IMG/VR virus record: IMGVR_UViG_3300020045_005677
Coordinates: 64,413 to 128,412 of that record
Strand: one strand, 5' to 3'
DNA: 64,000 bases
Source: a virus
Shown here: one piece after another, positions 10,693 through 20,374 of the stretch
How the letters are laid out: each line of letters opens with the position of its first letter
How positions within the stretch are numbered: position 1 is the first letter of the stretch
Translations under genes and position numbers: made by a program
The notes under the pieces: model-generated
What the model was told of the DNA's origin: nothing
The model's database searches: none
The model's input: the letters and a program-made list of their open reading frames with translations, nothing else

Positions 10693-12039
10693 ATGAGAAG
10701 TGATGCAGCTATGAACAATATGTTATTAGATGTTGATATAGATAGAATTAAAAAGAATCATGATGTATCGAAGAATGTATCTACATATAATGCAATACTT
10801 CACTTACCTAATAAAGACATAGAACTAGACTATCTAGTCTATGTCGATACTACTAGCGACTATAATCAATCTGTGACTGATTCTATTACTATTCAATTTG
10901 TAGTAATGAATGGTGTATTTCATAAAGAGATAGTACCAAATATAGATACTCTATTTATTACATTAATTAAGAGAGATGGAATAGATAAGAAAACAAATAG
11001 ATATAAGTTTGTGATAGCTAATCATACTTCTGCTAATGTAGGAAATATGACTACCAACAATAATCAAGAAGAATTAGATAAAGAAGGAATGAAAGTAGTC
11101 TATGGACAAGCTATTAACATATCGTATTATGCTACTAGATTAATTACATCATCTGCTACATTAACTGGTGTATCTATAGAAAAAGCAATTATAGCTTCAT
11201 TTAACGATTTCTTTAATTCTACTAGAGAAATATCTATTAATGGAAAACCTATTAAGCTAGATACTTTAAATCTAGATACTCCAGATAATTCTAATATCTA
11301 TAATGCTATTGTATTTCCTACTAAAACTGGAATATATGATTTAGCTACTCAGCTACAAGATGACTATGGTGTATATAATGGTCATATAGGTACTTATATC
11401 AGTAATGAAAAAGTAGATGATGCTTGGATAGATGTAATCTCTATTTATCCACTGTATAATCCAGAAGCAGTAAAGAATAGAAAAAGAAGATTAAGAATAT
11501 TTGCAGCTAAAGGAATTACTACTCAATTTTTAGATGTATCATTTGTAGATAGTAAAAATACATTAGATATAATCTGTAGCGCAGAGACATCTTCTAAACA
11601 AATCTTTTCTCAACATTCTAGTAATAGTGGAGCTGGTTATAGTATGTTAGACGCTAACTATATTACTAAGGGTAATACTATAGATGATTCTAGAAAAGTA
11701 GGTAATGATAGTAAGTTATATAACAAAGAAGCATATGATAAAAAAGATGGTGTACCTTTTACATACAATGCTGGTATATCTTCTAACACCTATGAACAAA
11801 GAAGTGATGTGCTTAGACAAAAAGGGACCCTTATTTCTATACCTTGGAATTTTAGTAGACCAGAGTTAGTGTATCCTGGAATGACTACAGAATACATATT
11901 TGAAAATGTAGAAAATAATATTCCTAAATTAAAAACTTTAAATGGTATAGTACAAAGAATAGATACTAGAGTGGATATAAATAAAAAAACAAGTTCTTCA
12001 AGTATTTTTATATTTTTGAATAATGAGTTTAGTAAATAA
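10693..12039 (+). CDS. Virion structural protein, possibly baseplate-hub-like
   Basis: 448 aa beta-rich; C-terminal WNFSRPELVYPGM motif recalled from phiKZ-like structural proteins; hub assignment is inference. Confidence 0.45.
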   Translation: MRSDAAMNNMLLDVDIDRIKKNHDVSKNVSTYNAILHLPNKDIELDYLVYVDTTSDYNQSVTDSITIQFVVMNGVFHKEIVPNIDTLFITLIKRDGIDKKTNRYKFVIANHTSANVGNMTTNNNQEELDKEGMKVVYGQAINISYYATRLITSSATLTGVSIEKAIIASFNDFFNSTREISINGKPIKLDTLNLDTPDNSNIYNAIVFPTKTGIYDLATQLQDDYGVYNGHIGTYISNEKVDDAWIDVISIYPLYNPEAVKNRKRRLRIFAAKGITTQFLDVSFVDSKNTLDIICSAETSSKQIFSQHSSNSGAGYSMLDANYITKGNTIDDSRKVGNDSKLYNKEAYDKKDGVPFTYNAGISSNTYEQRSDVLRQKGTLISIPWNFSRPELVYPGMTTEYIFENVENNIPKLKTLNGIVQRIDTRVDINKKTSSSSIFIFLNNEFSK

Positions 12040-12051
12040 TTAGGAGAAACA

Positions 12052-12426
12052 ATGCTACATGAAGTAAGAGATAATTTAAATAGTTTAATTACTATTAATA
12101 AGACAAGTGATAGAACATATACTGCTGAGTATAATGATAAGTTAGTATATCAAGAGATTGATAAGGTAATAAGTATATTTGGAGATGTAAAATTATATTC
12201 AGATAGTGTTAATAATACATTAGCTGATAATATATTAAAAAGAGTAATAGCTGATATCTTTATAAATAAATTTAAAGAAGAAGCCATCTCTGAATCTCAA
12301 GTAGCTACAATAGAACATAAGTATTTAGATAAGCCCAATAAGCTCTTGTTCTCTGTAAATAAAATAGAAGAGAAAGAATGGGGTAAAGGTATAATTTACT
12401 CTATGAAAGATACAGCATTTATTTAA
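12052..12426 (+). CDS. Hypothetical protein
   Basis: 124 aa, AGGAG RBS. Confidence 0.6.
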   Translation: MLHEVRDNLNSLITINKTSDRTYTAEYNDKLVYQEIDKVISIFGDVKLYSDSVNNTLADNILKRVIADIFINKFKEEAISESQVATIEHKYLDKPNKLLFSVNKIEEKEWGKGIIYSMKDTAFI

Positions 12427-12440
12427 TCGACAATAAAGTA

Positions 12441-12478
12441 TAGAATATGTAATAGAAATTAATCTATTACATATTCTA
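12441..12478. terminator. Bidirectional terminator candidate, perfect 16-bp stem
   Basis: TAGAATATGTAATAGA/TCTATTACATATTCTA between convergent genes. Confidence 0.75.
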
Positions 12479-13103
12479 CTGTTGGGCCTGCTACTGGTGC
12501 AGTCTCTAATTTATCTTTAATTTCTTCTGGTGTTAGCTTATTAGAATATTTACTTACAATATCTTTAAAAGCTGCAGCTCTTTCTATATTAGGAGCATGA
12601 TTTATTACTGCATTAGTTAATTTATCTTCTATAGAATTTAAATGTGTTTTTAATTCTTCATCTGTATTATATAGAGGATGTTTTACACCATTAGTTTCAC
12701 CTTCTAAAGCGATTACCATAGTTCTTTCTCTAATAGCATTATTCTCTTCAGTATTTAAGATTGGAATATCATTAAACAAAGCAGGAACTCTATCTACTAC
12801 ATTACCTTCTTCATTAATTAAATCTACAGGCATATGACCACCACCAGCAATCTTTAGCCATTTTCTAGAAGTCTCTTCATCTATTTTATCATTTGTAATC
12901 ATATCTTCAAATTTGGTTACAAAGTCTGATTTAAAATATCCTACTGGTACTTTAGATACTGGTCTGTCTAATTCTAATAGAGGCCCAGTAATTTCATTTA
13001 GTCCTTCTACTATAGCAGCTTCTTCTTGTTTTATTAATTCTTGGAATACGCTATCAGTATTATTCTGTTCTACTCTAACATATTCTTTTTTTACATCATT
13101 CAT
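12459..13103 (-). CDS. Conserved phiKZ-like hypothetical/virion protein
   Basis: 214 aa, GGAG RBS; WLKIAGGGHMPVDL...VDRVPALF motif. Confidence 0.6.
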   Translation of the reverse strand: MNDVKKEYVRVEQNNTDSVFQELIKQEEAAIVEGLNEITGPLLELDRPVSKVPVGYFKSDFVTKFEDMITNDKIDEETSRKWLKIAGGGHMPVDLINEEGNVVDRVPALFNDIPILNTEENNAIRERTMVIALEGETNGVKHPLYNTDEELKTHLNSIEDKLTNAVINHAPNIERAAAFKDIVSKYSNKLTPEEIKDKLETAPVAGPTVEYVID

Positions 13104-13135
13104 CTTGCTCCCCTTGTTGGCTCTAATAATATATT

Positions 13136-13519
13136 TTATTTATAATCAGACATATCTATATCTCCAGTGTAGTTCCCACTAACATTATCACTGTCGATTA
13201 CATCTATTTTAATACCTATTCTCTTTACCAGTATTATCTGGTCTATATCTTCATTGTTATTGAATTCTATGTTTATCTCTGCTGATACAAAATATCTTTT
13301 ATACATACTAGTTAAAGCATTCTTTAGCTCTATAATAAATTCGTTGGGATTGCTACCATACTGAGCTATCAACCACTTCATAGAACAAGTTTGTTTTTGA
13401 AAGTAATTAGATTGGTCTTTATCACTAGCTAAAAAATAATTTAATAATTTCTCTATCTTTAAACTTGGATTAGTAATTAGCTTAGCAGTTGATAAAGATA
13501 ATACATTTCTATTTTCCAT
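13136..13519 (-). CDS. Conserved phiKZ-like small virion protein (possibly baseplate-wedge-like)
   Basis: Start reassigned to the ATG at 13519 (AGGAGAAG RBS), 127 aa; LLNYFLASDKDQSNYF and LIAQYGSNP motifs. Confidence 0.55.
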   Translation of the reverse strand: MENRNVLSLSTAKLITNPSLKIEKLLNYFLASDKDQSNYFQKQTCSMKWLIAQYGSNPNEFIIELKNALTSMYKRYFVSAEINIEFNNNEDIDQIILVKRIGIKIDVIDSDNVSGNYTGDIDMSDYK

Positions 13520-13624
13520 TTTTCTTCTTCTCCTATGTGTAGATAAAAAATCATACAAATATCTATCTGGCAATGATAAAATGAGCATTTTAGAAGATAT
13601 ACTCGGATATAGGAAAATAGTAAA

Positions 13625-14761
13625 ATGAAAACAAAAGAAATAGGTATATTACATATTACAGATATACACTTTGGACACAAGAAAAATAGTGCTAGTGAAA
13701 TAGCTATTAATCTAAAGATGTTAATATCTGATAATTATAACACTATTAAAAATACTGTAAAGATAATAGGATTAGGTGGAGATGAGTTTGATGATGCTTT
13801 ATCTGTAATGGCCGAAGACTCAGCTGTAATATTAGATTTCTTTTTATGGCTATGTAACTTTGCTAGTAGAAATAATATTATAGTTAGATGTATAGAAGGA
13901 ACAAACTCTCATTCGTATAAACAAATGAAAACTATAGCTGATGCTATAGTAGCTAGTGAAATTAAAGTAGACTTTAAATATGTAGATAATATCTCTATAG
14001 AATATATTCCATCTCTAAATATTAATATACTCTATATACCTGATGAGATGAATGGTAATAATGCTAGTAAGACTATTAAACAAGTAAGAACATTATTAAG
14101 AAAATTAAATTTAAAGTATGTAGATATAGCATTTATGCATGGAGCTTTTAATTATCAATTACCAATGGTAAAGCTAGATTCTAACCATATTGAATCTGAT
14201 TATTTAGAAATAGTAAAACATTATATACTAATAGGTCATGTACATACACATAGTGTCTTTGATAGAATAATAGCTACTGGTAGTCCAGATAGATTAAAAC
14301 ATGGAGAAGAAGAAGATAAAGGAATAATACTAGCAATTATTAATCTAGATGATAGAAGTAAAAATAGATATTTGTTTTTAGTAAATAAAAGAGCTAAGAT
14401 ATTCAATACTTATTATTTAAAAGATATGAGCTTAGAAGATATAAATAAAAGATTATCTAAAGAGTTTAAAAAATTAAAAGATGGTAGTTATGTTAGATTA
14501 GCTACTACTTCTAATAATATATTTAGTAGAGATATATTAACTAGCTTAAAGAAGTTATATACTAATATTATTTTTACTAGTGATAAAGTAGATAATAAAA
14601 AAATATCTATATTCGATAATAAGTTATCTGAAAAGAAAGTAGTAGAAGCTTTTGCTATTACTAAGGATAATATAGTACCATTGATACTAGAGGTAGCTAT
14701 AGACAAGTTAAATGGTATAGACATAGAAATACTAAATAAAGAATTAAAAGCTTTATTATAG
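13625..14761 (+). CDS. sbcD: SbcD/Mre11-like calcineurin-type metallophosphoesterase nuclease
   Basis: Motifs TDIHFG, GGDEFD, EGTNSH, FMHG and IGHVH in canonical order. Confidence 0.85.
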   Translation: MKTKEIGILHITDIHFGHKKNSASEIAINLKMLISDNYNTIKNTVKIIGLGGDEFDDALSVMAEDSAVILDFFLWLCNFASRNNIIVRCIEGTNSHSYKQMKTIADAIVASEIKVDFKYVDNISIEYIPSLNINILYIPDEMNGNNASKTIKQVRTLLRKLNLKYVDIAFMHGAFNYQLPMVKLDSNHIESDYLEIVKHYILIGHVHTHSVFDRIIATGSPDRLKHGEEEDKGIILAIINLDDRSKNRYLFLVNKRAKIFNTYYLKDMSLEDINKRLSKEFKKLKDGSYVRLATTSNNIFSRDILTSLKKLYTNIIFTSDKVDNKKISIFDNKLSEKKVVEAFAITKDNIVPLILEVAIDKLNGIDIEILNKELKALL

Positions 14762-14777
14762 CGTTCAAATTGTTTAT

Positions 14778-14800
14778 AAACACATATTATAAGAGTAGTA
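14778..14800 (+). promoter_or_regulatory. Phage promoter motif, subtype B
   Basis: AAACACATATTATAAGAGTAGTA about 40 nt before an ATG; one of 10 copies. Confidence 0.7.
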
Positions 14801-14842
14801 TATCATTATACAAAATTAAACATAAGTAAAGGAAATAGAGAG

Positions 14843-15436
14843 ATGAAAGAGAATGTAAATTATTTTACTATCAGACCTGAAGATTTAGAAGAGATAGCAG
14901 AATTTCCCTTTAAGCCATTTGCAAAAGCAAGATGGACAATAGATGGTGTAAAGAAACAAGCAAATAAATTTGGTACAGAATTTGTATATTTTGTTACAAT
15001 TACACTAGAGCCTATTAGAAGAAAGAACAATGATAGATTTAATCCTGAAAGCCTACAAGTAACTCTACAGTCTAATCAGATACTTAAGATTGATACATTA
15101 GGTATAAATAGATTAAAACTTAAAGTATCTAACTTAGCTAGAGCATTTAGAATTAAAACTAAACATTTAAATGGTGACTTAAGAGAACTATATAAATATA
15201 AAGAGATTTTAAAAATAGATGAAGATAGAGTATCTGTTATTTTAATATCTAAGAAAAATAGATTACTATTAGATAATTCTTTATTATTAGGATATAAAGA
15301 AGATGAAGGTTTTAGATTTTATCTAAATGGAAATATAAAAGTAACTGATGAGCATTTAGCATTAATTCATTCTTTAAAGTTTTTTCCAGCTTCACCTTGG
15401 TATATTAAAAACAGTAGTGAGAATGTAGGAGAGTAA
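14843..15436 (+). CDS. Hypothetical protein
   Basis: 197 aa with RBS, directly after the promoter motif. Confidence 0.65.
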   Translation: MKENVNYFTIRPEDLEEIAEFPFKPFAKARWTIDGVKKQANKFGTEFVYFVTITLEPIRRKNNDRFNPESLQVTLQSNQILKIDTLGINRLKLKVSNLARAFRIKTKHLNGDLRELYKYKEILKIDEDRVSVILISKKNRLLLDNSLLLGYKEDEGFRFYLNGNIKVTDEHLALIHSLKFFPASPWYIKNSSENVGE

Positions 15437-15438
15437 TT

Positions 15439-15687
15439 ATGGAAGCTAATAAGTTTTATTGTAAAGAATGTGGTACAGAAGTTGAGGTATCTAGTTTTAA
15501 AGAAATATTAGATAGAAGTAAATTGTGTAGTGATTGTGGTAGACCTAATCTAGCTAGAGATACTAAGCTCAATCATGGAAACAGAAAGAAAAGATTAGAC
15601 AGAACAAAAGCTAAAAGATTACAACAGGCTAAAGAAGATTATGATAAAAAAAATAATAGAAATTATATAAAAGATGATTCCGATTAG
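15439..15687 (+). CDS. Small zinc-ribbon protein
   Basis: CKEC-x16-CSDC followed by a basic tail. Confidence 0.65.
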   Translation: MEANKFYCKECGTEVEVSSFKEILDRSKLCSDCGRPNLARDTKLNHGNRKKRLDRTKAKRLQQAKEDYDKKNNRNYIKDDSD

Positions 15688-15696
15688 GAGGGACAA

Positions 15697-16125
15697 ATGA
15701 ATAAGATAAAAGCAAATCTAGCTTATCTATTAAATCTTATTAATGTTGATGTAATGATGGGCATAGATAAAGATTTGGAAATAGAAATAGATAAGAAGTT
15801 ACTTAATAGTATTACTACATTATCTAGTCCAGATGGACTAGAAGACAATAAGAGTATTGCTGAGATGGTATTAAATGTAATTAAATTAAATAAGGTATTA
15901 GCTAAATATGATTTAACCATTATAGTAAAGTTTATATCTGATATACCATTAGATGCAGAATATAATAAACCTACTTATTTATTAACAAATGGTGTAGTAA
16001 ATTTAGAGAGTTATATAATGGTAGAAGATATAGCAGCTAGAAAAGAAAAATATTACTATTTCATATCTGGTGAATTATTACTAGATATGTTAAAAAGAAG
16101 AGGATGTAAACAATTGCTTAGATAG
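15697..16125 (+). CDS. Hypothetical protein
   Basis: 142 aa, AGGAGG RBS. Confidence 0.65.
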   Translation: MNKIKANLAYLLNLINVDVMMGIDKDLEIEIDKKLLNSITTLSSPDGLEDNKSIAEMVLNVIKLNKVLAKYDLTIIVKFISDIPLDAEYNKPTYLLTNGVVNLESYIMVEDIAARKEKYYYFISGELLLDMLKRRGCKQLLR

Positions 16126-16135
16126 GAGAAAAATA

Positions 16136-16651
16136 ATGAGAAATGATATAGAAAATATACAAGCAGAATTAAGACTTGAAATAGAGTCTTACTCTTCTGC
16201 TTGTGAGTCTGTAAACAATGATGTTATATTTAATAATATAATTAAAAATATGGCTTATATTAATAAGCAATTAGACAGTGAATTTAAATTAGGTAGATTT
16301 AGAAAGATTATTGGTAATGAATTTACTAGGGTAGTTAGAGGATTAGATGTCCATACACAAATGATGATTAGTGGGTATGAAGAGTATATGCTATATGTGG
16401 ATAACATTAGTATATACATGGAGAATGATATATTTTTTTTAGTCTATAAAGATGGTAGTAAAAGAGAAATTACAAAAAAAGAATTATGTCCCGAGACATT
16501 TGTATCAGATGGAACTGATTTTATATCTGCAATTGATATTAGTTCTACTATTATTCCTGAAGAGAATAAAGTATTAAGAGTATATTTATCTACATATGGT
16601 AAATATTTTGTAATAGAACTTAAGCCGCAAGAAGGGAAAAAGAAAAAATGA
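16136..16651 (+). CDS. Hypothetical protein
   Basis: 171 aa, AGGAG RBS. Confidence 0.65.
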   Translation: MRNDIENIQAELRLEIESYSSACESVNNDVIFNNIIKNMAYINKQLDSEFKLGRFRKIIGNEFTRVVRGLDVHTQMMISGYEEYMLYVDNISIYMENDIFFLVYKDGSKREITKKELCPETFVSDGTDFISAIDISSTIIPEENKVLRVYLSTYGKYFVIELKPQEGKKKK

Positions 16652-17076
16652 TTTTAGAGTTTTTACATAACCACTTAGTAGGACAAAATATACCAGCTTT
16701 AACAATGCTATTATATTTTGTTACAGTATTTTTTAGAATAGATAATTATGGTAAAGCCAATCTGCTATATCCTATACATGAACTTAAATCTCATTTTGAC
16801 AGGAGTGATAGTAGCAAAGATAAAGCAAAAGTATTTACTACATTAACATATGTAGTTCTTATTAGTTTATTAGTGTATGAAACAACAGTTAATACTTCTA
16901 AATCAATAATGGATGTATATTGGATAGCAATAATTATTATTTACAATATAGCCGCATTGGTATCTTGGATAATAACAAATATAAAAACAAATAAAGCAAA
17001 GATATTTCTTTCCTTATTGATTATTGTATTAATAGAAACAGTTTTGTTATTTATATTTAAACACACTTGGCATTAA
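16648..17076 (+). CDS. Integral membrane protein (about 4 TM segments)
   Basis: 142 aa with four hydrophobic stretches; ATGA overlap with the upstream gene. Confidence 0.6.
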   Translation: MILEFLHNHLVGQNIPALTMLLYFVTVFFRIDNYGKANLLYPIHELKSHFDRSDSSKDKAKVFTTLTYVVLISLLVYETTVNTSKSIMDVYWIAIIIIYNIAALVSWIITNIKTNKAKIFLSLLIIVLIETVLLFIFKHTWH

Positions 17077-17094
17077 TAATATTAAGGAAAAAGA

Positions 17095-18030
17095 ATGAAT
17101 GTAATTAAATTTGGAACAGAGCCAATTAACTCTAAGCTAAACCTATTAGGAGATGATATAGGTTTTATAAAGCAATACGATTTTAGTACTGCTAATGTAG
17201 ATGATTCACATAGGATACATGCAGTAACTAGTGTAGCCAGTATATGTTATAACACTGAACATAAATCAATAGGTTCTAAGAGTCTATATGATAGACTAGG
17301 ATTAGAATCTGGTGGCGTGCCATCATCTAGTTTTGAATTTATTCCTGTATTGATTAGTGAATTTGAATTTGAACAAGAGACTAGAAAGTCTACTGTAATT
17401 AGTTTAATAGATTTAAAGATAGCTAAACATTCTATACTTGTTAAAAGTAAAGAAGGCTTAAGATATAGATTAACTAATTATAGAGCTGTAGTTCATGATT
17501 ATGAATTAACAAATGGTGAAGTAGACTTTAGAAAACATTACAATCATAAAGAGTATGAAATTAAAATCATTAGAGAAAACTTCTTTGTATTCTTAGCTAA
17601 GATAGATTTATCTACTAGAGCCCAACTAGTAAGACATAGAATGTTAAATTTTCAAGAGAGAAGTAGAAGATATGTATCTGGTAAGAAATTACCATTTGAT
17701 TTCTATTTAGAAGATAAAGTAAAAGCTACTAAACTTAAATTCTACGATATAGATTTAGAATCTCCATCTGTAGATAAAAACTTAAATACATTAAATGTAG
17801 ATGCAGAGAGATTAGCTAAAATGTCTGTAGACTTATATAATCAAGCATTAGAAGATGGTGTTAAACCTCAAGCTGCTAGAAGATTAATATTACAAGCTAT
17901 GTATACAGATATATGGATTGGATTTAACTCAGAGACATTAGCTGAATTCCTAGAGAGAAGAACTGAAGCAGATGCACAAATAGAGATTAGAAATTTAGCA
18001 TTAGGTATTCAAGAGCTAGTAGCTAGTTAG
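17095..18030 (+). CDS. thyX: FAD-dependent thymidylate synthase
   Basis: RHR-x7-SRR signature (QLVRHRMLNFQERSRRY), PQAARRLILQA, FLERRT..DAQIEIRNLA. Confidence 0.92.
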   Translation: MNVIKFGTEPINSKLNLLGDDIGFIKQYDFSTANVDDSHRIHAVTSVASICYNTEHKSIGSKSLYDRLGLESGGVPSSSFEFIPVLISEFEFEQETRKSTVISLIDLKIAKHSILVKSKEGLRYRLTNYRAVVHDYELTNGEVDFRKHYNHKEYEIKIIRENFFVFLAKIDLSTRAQLVRHRMLNFQERSRRYVSGKKLPFDFYLEDKVKATKLKFYDIDLESPSVDKNLNTLNVDAERLAKMSVDLYNQALEDGVKPQAARRLILQAMYTDIWIGFNSETLAEFLERRTEADAQIEIRNLALGIQELVAS

Positions 18031-18060
18031 TTATATTATGAAACCTTTAAATATTGAATG

Positions 18061-18088
18061 TACTGTTATATAGAAATATATAACAGTA
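18061..18088 (+). terminator. Hairpin, 12-bp stem with GAAA loop
   Basis: After thyX, followed by TGTTTTATTTT. Confidence 0.7.
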
Positions 18089-18127
18089 TGTTTTATTTTG
18101 TCCATCTAAAATTAAATAGGAGTATAA

Positions 18128-18835
18128 ATGTTTAAATTGGATAATTATATTATTAGTCAGTCTATGATATTAATATCTAAAGACTTAGACAATAGCATTA
18201 AGAATATTATAACTTGTCAAGGTAGAAATAATGTTAGAGTATTTGGAGAAGCTAATAAACTATTTACAGTAGACTTAGCTAAGAAAGTAATAATTGAATC
18301 TTATAAAACATCTGATTTTAATAAGTATGTAATATTAGTAGGCACATCATTTAGAGAAGAAGCTCAGAATGCTCTTTTAAAGCTACTAGAAGAACAAACT
18401 AAAAATCATATATTCATTATCTTGGTAAACAATAATAATGTCTTATTGCCTACTGTATGTAGTCGTATGCCAGTATATTATATTTCTGAAATTAAGAAAG
18501 TTAAAAAAGATAAAGAAGTAATAGATTATTTAAATCTAAATGAAAAGATGATGATTAATTTATTATTAAAACATAAGAATATTAAAAAGGATGAAGTAAA
18601 AGAAACTATTAGTAGTATTATAATTGCAGATGGTATAAATAATAGACAGAGCTTTAATAGTAAAGTATTAAATAGTTTTACTACACTAATTAGATTATTA
18701 GATTTAAACTCTAGACCCTTAAATATCTTTACTGTATTTTTAACTAACTTAAATAAAGTAAACAAGAAGAGAAATAGTAATGAAAAAAATAATGATAATG
18801 TTGTTAATAGTATTTGGAATAGTAGTAAGTATTAA
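18128..18835 (+). CDS. holB: DNA polymerase III delta'-like clamp-loader subunit, short Campylobacterota type
   Basis: EAQNALLKLLEE, LLPTVCSRM (SRC/Arg-finger motif) and C-terminal LLDLNSRPLNI; no Zn module, like epsilonproteobacterial delta'. Confidence 0.8.
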   Translation: MFKLDNYIISQSMILISKDLDNSIKNIITCQGRNNVRVFGEANKLFTVDLAKKVIIESYKTSDFNKYVILVGTSFREEAQNALLKLLEEQTKNHIFIILVNNNNVLLPTVCSRMPVYYISEIKKVKKDKEVIDYLNLNEKMMINLLLKHKNIKKDEVKETISSIIIADGINNRQSFNSKVLNSFTTLIRLLDLNSRPLNIFTVFLTNLNKVNKKRNSNEKNNDNVVNSIWNSSKY

Positions 18836-18878
18836 TATAGCTATGACTAGCATTATGCTTATAGATGCAGTAAAGTAA
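18780..18878 (+). CDS. Candidate 32-aa single-pass membrane peptide
   Basis: MKKIMIMLLIVFGIVVSINIAMTSIMLIDAVK; overlaps the 3' end of the holB-like gene; weak RBS. Confidence 0.35.
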   Translation: MKKIMIMLLIVFGIVVSINIAMTSIMLIDAVK

Positions 18879-18897
18879 ATAGACGGCAAAGTTAATG

Positions 18898-18930
18898 TAC
18901 TAGACATAGTGTTAGAAGCTATGTCTAGTA
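18898..18930. terminator. Hairpin, 12-bp stem
   Basis: TACTAGACATAG/CTATGTCTAGTA. Confidence 0.65.
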
Positions 18931-18987
18931 ATACTCTTTGTGCCTCCGTGTCAGAACAGTAGGTCTTTATTGTTTAGAATATAATAA

Positions 18988-19010
18988 AATCACATATTAT
19001 ATTCTAGGAT
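18988..19010 (+). promoter_or_regulatory. Phage promoter motif, variant
   Basis: AATCACATATTATATTCTAGG upstream of the small-ORF cluster. Confidence 0.6.
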
Positions 19011-19099
19011 AGAACATTCTGTTGGTTGCTCTGGTACCCATTCTATTTGTAAACCGTAAAAAACAAATAGAATTTTAAAAAAAATTTAAAAGGAAAAAT

Positions 19100-19363
19100 A
19101 TGAATAGTAATAGTACTATAACTAAACATAATGATAACATACTTCTAATAGCAAGCGGATTAGTAAAAGAAGTATCCATCAAAGGTATAAGACTATATCA
19201 AAATTTTAATTTAGCTATAGCAGAAAAGGAACCAGTAGTGTTGAATTTAAAAGATTCAATTAGATTAGTAAATCAAATATCTGAAACAAGTAATATATCT
19301 GGAGACTTAAAAGATATTGTAGCTTATAACGATATTATTAATAGCTGGAAGTATCAATCATGA
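19100..19363 (+). CDS. Hypothetical protein
   Basis: 87 aa, AAGGA RBS. Confidence 0.6.
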   Translation: MNSNSTITKHNDNILLIASGLVKEVSIKGIRLYQNFNLAIAEKEPVVLNLKDSIRLVNQISETSNISGDLKDIVAYNDIINSWKYQS

Positions 19364-19683
19364 AAAAGTTTAGATTAACAAAGAGTGTTAAATCAGCATT
19401 AAGAATATATATTTTAGAAAATAAAAAATATAAAATGTGTACGATTAATGCTGTAAAAATTATTAATAAAAATGTAGTGGTTAATACTACTGTGCTTATT
19501 AAAGATGGTGACTTTGAAGAAATAGAAGTACCTATTAAAAGAAGAAAAGCTCTTAGAGTAGTAAGAAATTTTTTAGCTATACCAAAAGCGTCTTCTGACT
19601 ACTCTACAAGATATTATCCACCTGCTCCAATGCCAATTAAATCTTATGGCGAAACAGAGACTAGATTTTCTAGAGGGTTATAA
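19360..19683 (+). CDS. Basic small protein, tandem paralog 1 of 3 (MKKxxLT family)
   Basis: MKKFRLTK...IKRRKALRVVR. Confidence 0.65.
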   Translation: MKKFRLTKSVKSALRIYILENKKYKMCTINAVKIINKNVVVNTTVLIKDGDFEEIEVPIKRRKALRVVRNFLAIPKASSDYSTRYYPPAPMPIKSYGETETRFSRGL

Positions 19684-20028
19684 ATGAAAAAACTTAAATT
19701 AACTTTATCTATGCAATTTGCTATTGAAAATTATTTAAAAAATAAAGATGAGATATCTGGAAGAGTATTATGTCGTAGCTTAAAGCTAGCCAGAGGTAAT
19801 ATTATTATGGAAGTTGATATTATTAAAGGTGAAATAATAAATGGTATGCCACGAATAGTTAAAGATTACACTCTCTATATACCAATTAAAAGAAGAAAGC
19901 TATTAAGGCTATCTAGAAAATGGAAAAGAATACTTATGGCTAATAGAGAGAGACTCCGTAACAGTTTACTTGGTGGTGATTTTGATGGAGATTGGAATTG
20001 TGATGGAGACAACTTCTCTTTAGTTTAA
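19684..20028 (+). CDS. Basic small protein, tandem paralog 2 of 3
   Basis: MKKLKLTL...IKRRKLLRLSRKW. Confidence 0.65.
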   Translation: MKKLKLTLSMQFAIENYLKNKDEISGRVLCRSLKLARGNIIMEVDIIKGEIINGMPRIVKDYTLYIPIKRRKLLRLSRKWKRILMANRERLRNSLLGGDFDGDWNCDGDNFSLV

Positions 20029-20042
20029 GATAAAGGAAAAGT

Positions 20043-20282
20043 ATGAAAAAACTTAGATTAACAAAAGATGTTAAATTTGTAATTAAAAACTATCTCTCTA
20101 TTAATTATGCACTTATGATACCACTTGATGACAAAAAGTGTTTTATAATTGTACAAAAAAGAAATAATATAAAAGTATTCAGTAATGATGAATTACAGAT
20201 TGTACTAAATAGAAGAAAAGTATTAAGGCTAGTAAGAAAATGGAATAAGATATTCCATTGGGATAGATATTCTAAAAGATAG
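20043..20282 (+). CDS. Basic small protein, tandem paralog 3 of 3
   Basis: MKKLRLTK...LNRRKVLRLVRKW. Confidence 0.65.
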   Translation: MKKLRLTKDVKFVIKNYLSINYALMIPLDDKKCFIIVQKRNNIKVFSNDELQIVLNRRKVLRLVRKWNKIFHWDRYSKR

Positions 20283-20374
20283 TCTTTAGGTGCTATAATA
20301 AGCTAACAATAAATTAACCAAATTCCAAAGGTTTAATTTTAAAATAACTAAATTTAAAAGGAAGATATAAAAAT

